Below, piece by piece: positions 61,436 to 64,000 of a stretch of DNA of 64,000 nt. The number at the start of each line of letters is the position of its first letter. Within the stretch, counting starts at the first letter, position 1. The position numbers were made by a program, and so were the translations under genes. The notes under the pieces are model-generated. The model made no database searches, was not told the origin of the DNA, and saw nothing but the letters and a program-made list of their open reading frames with translations. Origin of the DNA: Leucoraja ocellata (lineage: Eukaryota); NCBI GenBank assembly GCA_036785375.1, contig JAWMAR010000025.1:5146001-5210000 (forward strand), in the 5' to 3' direction.

Positions 61436-62262
61436 AACATAGAAAATAGGTGCACGAGTAGGCCATTCGGCCCTTCGAGCCAGCACCGCCTTTCAATATC
61501 ATGGCTGGTCATCCAAAATCAGTACCCCGTCTGGCTTTTTCCCCCTTGATTCCCTTAGCTCTAAGAGCTAAATCTAACTCTTTTGAAAACATCAAATGAA
61601 TTGGCCTCCACGGCCTTATGTGGCAGAGAATTCCACAGATTCACAACTCTCTGGGAGAAAAAGCTTTTCCTCATCTCAGTCCTAAATGGGCGACCCCTTA
61701 TTCTTAAACTGTGATCCCTGGTCCTGGACTCCACCAATATCGGGAACATTTTTTCTGTATCTACCCTGTCCAATCCTCTAAGAATTTTATATGTTTCTAT
61801 AAGATACCCTCTCATCCTTCTAAATTCCAGCGAATACAAGCCCTGTCGACCCTTCTTTCATCATATGTCAGTCCCGCCATCCCGGGAATTAACCTACGCT
61901 GCACTCCCTCAATAGCAATATGTCCTTCCTCAAATTAGGAGACCAAAATTGCACACAATACTCCGGGTGTGGTCTCACCAAGGTCCTGTACAACTGCAGT
62001 AGGACCTCCTTGCACATAAACTCAAATCCTCTCGCAATGAAGGCCAACATGCCATTAGATTTTTTCACTGCCTGCTGTACCTGCATGCTTACTTTCAGTG
62101 ACTGATGTACAAGCACACCTTGTTGCACCGCCCCTTCTCCTAATCTGACACCATTCAGATAATAAGCTGCCTTCCTGTTCTTGCCACCAAAGTGGATAAC
62201 CTCACATTTATCCACATTATACTGTATCTGCCATGCTTCTGCCCACTGACCCAACCTATCCG
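61436..62262 (-). mobile_element. CR1 LINE 3' fragment (~830 bp)
   Basis: WAEAWQIQYNVDKCEVIHFG..QVQQAVKKSNGML.FI..LYRTLVRPH.EYCVQFWSP. Confidence 0.92.
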
Positions 62263-62318
62263 TCTGTGCCACCGTGCTGCCCAAGTTAAAGTCACCACTG
62301 TTGGAAAGGGGAAAGCAA

Positions 62319-62709
62319 AGGGCCTGTCCCACTTAGGCTATTTTTAGGTGACTGCCAGCGACTGTCATAGTCGTAGCAGGTCGGTGAAAAAACGGCGACT
62401 GGATCCCCCTTCAGCCTATAATTTGAAATAGAATAATTACTTTAACAAAAAAACAAAGTCAGCACCGGTGACAGCTACATTAACCTGGCGACAACTACGA
62501 CAGCGCCTACGTCAGGAGAAGTCAAGCTACACTCATTGGCATCAAACCCACTATCGCCGACTGTCTCCGAAAATGTTGCAACGTTGAAAATCCAGCGGTG
62601 ACCAAAAAGACGTCACGACTCTTTGGGCGACTGAGGAGACGACTAACGACCGTACAGGCGACACCCTGGCGACCAGATGGCGACAGCCTAGTCGCCTGTA
62701 GTCGCCTAA
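62319..62709. mobile_element. Harbinger-type MITE, left TIR only, interrupted at a TAA
   Basis: AGGGCCTGTCCCACTTAGGC start, GGCGAC/GTCGCC repeats; no right TIR in the window. Confidence 0.65.
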
Positions 62710-63084
62710 TGGCTAGATCTCACGGTGCGACCTGATGCAAGATCTCTCCCGAGTGAAGTGGTCGTGGTCCAGTAAGAGTTCCACAAGAGTTCCGCACGAT
62801 ATAGCGGGAGGTAGATAAAGAGTTCCCACGGTACTCTGCAATTCTGTCATTTTTGCGAGTGACTTGTCCGTCTCCCGATCTTTCCCAGTAATCGTGAATG
62901 AACATCGTGGAATGTAGTGTAGTTCATCACGTGGCACAAATGATGCCACTTTTTTTTCACACACTATAAATATAACCTCCGTTCTTAGAATTTGCTCGTT
63001 TGCAGACATGCCTATACAAAGTATGTTCGAGTACAGGCTGGTTGTTATTTTCATGGAAGTGCTGTATGCATTAGCGCTGCATAT

Positions 63085-63669
63085 GCATCAAAAACGCTTG
63101 GAAAGAGAATGGAAGGTGGAACAGCAGGCATGCCTGATCCAGAGCCTCTGTCAGGAGAAGACAGCCCGGACATCCCATATGCGATGGTTGCTGATGACGC
63201 CTTTGCACTACGGCCCTGGATTATGAAGCCATATCCACAGAGGAATCTAACTAGGGAACAGAGGATCTTCAATTACAGGCTGTCAAGGGCCAGGAGGGTA
63301 GTAGAAAATTATTTTGGCATCTTGGCAAACAGATTTAGATGCTTGCTCAAGACAATGGAGCAGAGGCCCAAGAATGTGGAGAGTATAGTATATGCAGCAT
63401 GTGTTCTGCACAACCTGATCCGAATGAGAGGTGCACCTGCTGGATCAGCAACATTCATCCAGGACGGTGACATAGTGGACAGTGACACAGGGGAAATAAC
63501 ACTAGGTGCTTGGAGAAGTGGTGCGAACAAGTTGAAAATGGTCTCACTGCAGCGTTTCAGAGGTAACTGGGGCACAGCCAGTGTGAAAGAGCAAAGAGAC
63601 CATCTCTGCGCTTACTACAATTCACAATTGGGGAGTGTGCCGTGGCAGGACAGCTATATTGATGGGTAG
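63085..63669 (+). pseudogene. PIF/Harbinger transposase (DDE_Tnp_4/HARBI1-like) C-terminal half
   Basis: PYAMVADDAFAL.PWIMKPYP..LT.EQRIFNYRLSRARRVVENYFGILANRFRCL..IVYAACVLHN; second D and E present, N-terminal half with first D absent; AATAAA at ~63968. Confidence 0.85.
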
Positions 63670-64000
63670 CCGACCACAGGAACACTACTGCATGTTATAA
63701 GATGACTTCCTAGTGTGGTTCTCTGAAAAGTATTTCCTATAATTTGTTCGTCAGCAAAACCTGCCGTTTAGAACATTGCATTGTCCCTTTAAATGCCTGA
63801 GTTCACGCGTGTAGTGGAGGTTGATGGATATAATGTGTGTTAAATAATCTTGCGTGCCTCAATTGTTGTATTTCGTGTTTGCGAGGCCCTTTTACAGACA
63901 AATGTTTTGTGTGATGCATCTCCTCTCAATATGTGACAGAATTCGTCTTCTTATATTGTCAAATAGGAATAAAGACTGTATCACATTTACCGTGCTGATT

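Overview
Repeat-dense vertebrate genomic DNA, most likely from a cartilaginous fish such as a skate or ray. This is inferred from HE1-type V-SINEs, elasmobranch-type CR1 LINEs and the protein sequence. I can support only one host protein-coding gene: the single-coding-exon membrane progestin receptor alpha, paqr7 (51359-52417, +). It has a clean splice acceptor, tandem poly(A) signals ~2.1 kb downstream, and a probable CpG-island promoter plus 5'UTR exon ~22 kb upstream (28.9-29.6 kb). The rest is mostly nested mobile DNA: CR1, L2, Rex1/Babar, Vingi-like and RTE-like retroelements, HE1 and Deu-domain SINEs, Penelope-derived fold-backs, PIF/Harbinger MITEs with a transposase remnant, and a TIR element with a 5-bp TSD. 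The most interesting observations are: (1) two related ~1-kb non-coding GC-rich retroelements that share a head and a covarying 14-bp hairpin but carry 3' tails from different LINE clades; (2) many Penelope-derived fold-back mini-elements built around a minimal hammerhead ribozyme core; (3) a stem-loop architecture shared by five divergent 3' tails; (4) an orphan heat-shock/ARE promoter module; (5) Harbinger MITEs with common termini but different subterminal motifs. Repeat boundaries and family names are by eye and approximate, and no database search was run.
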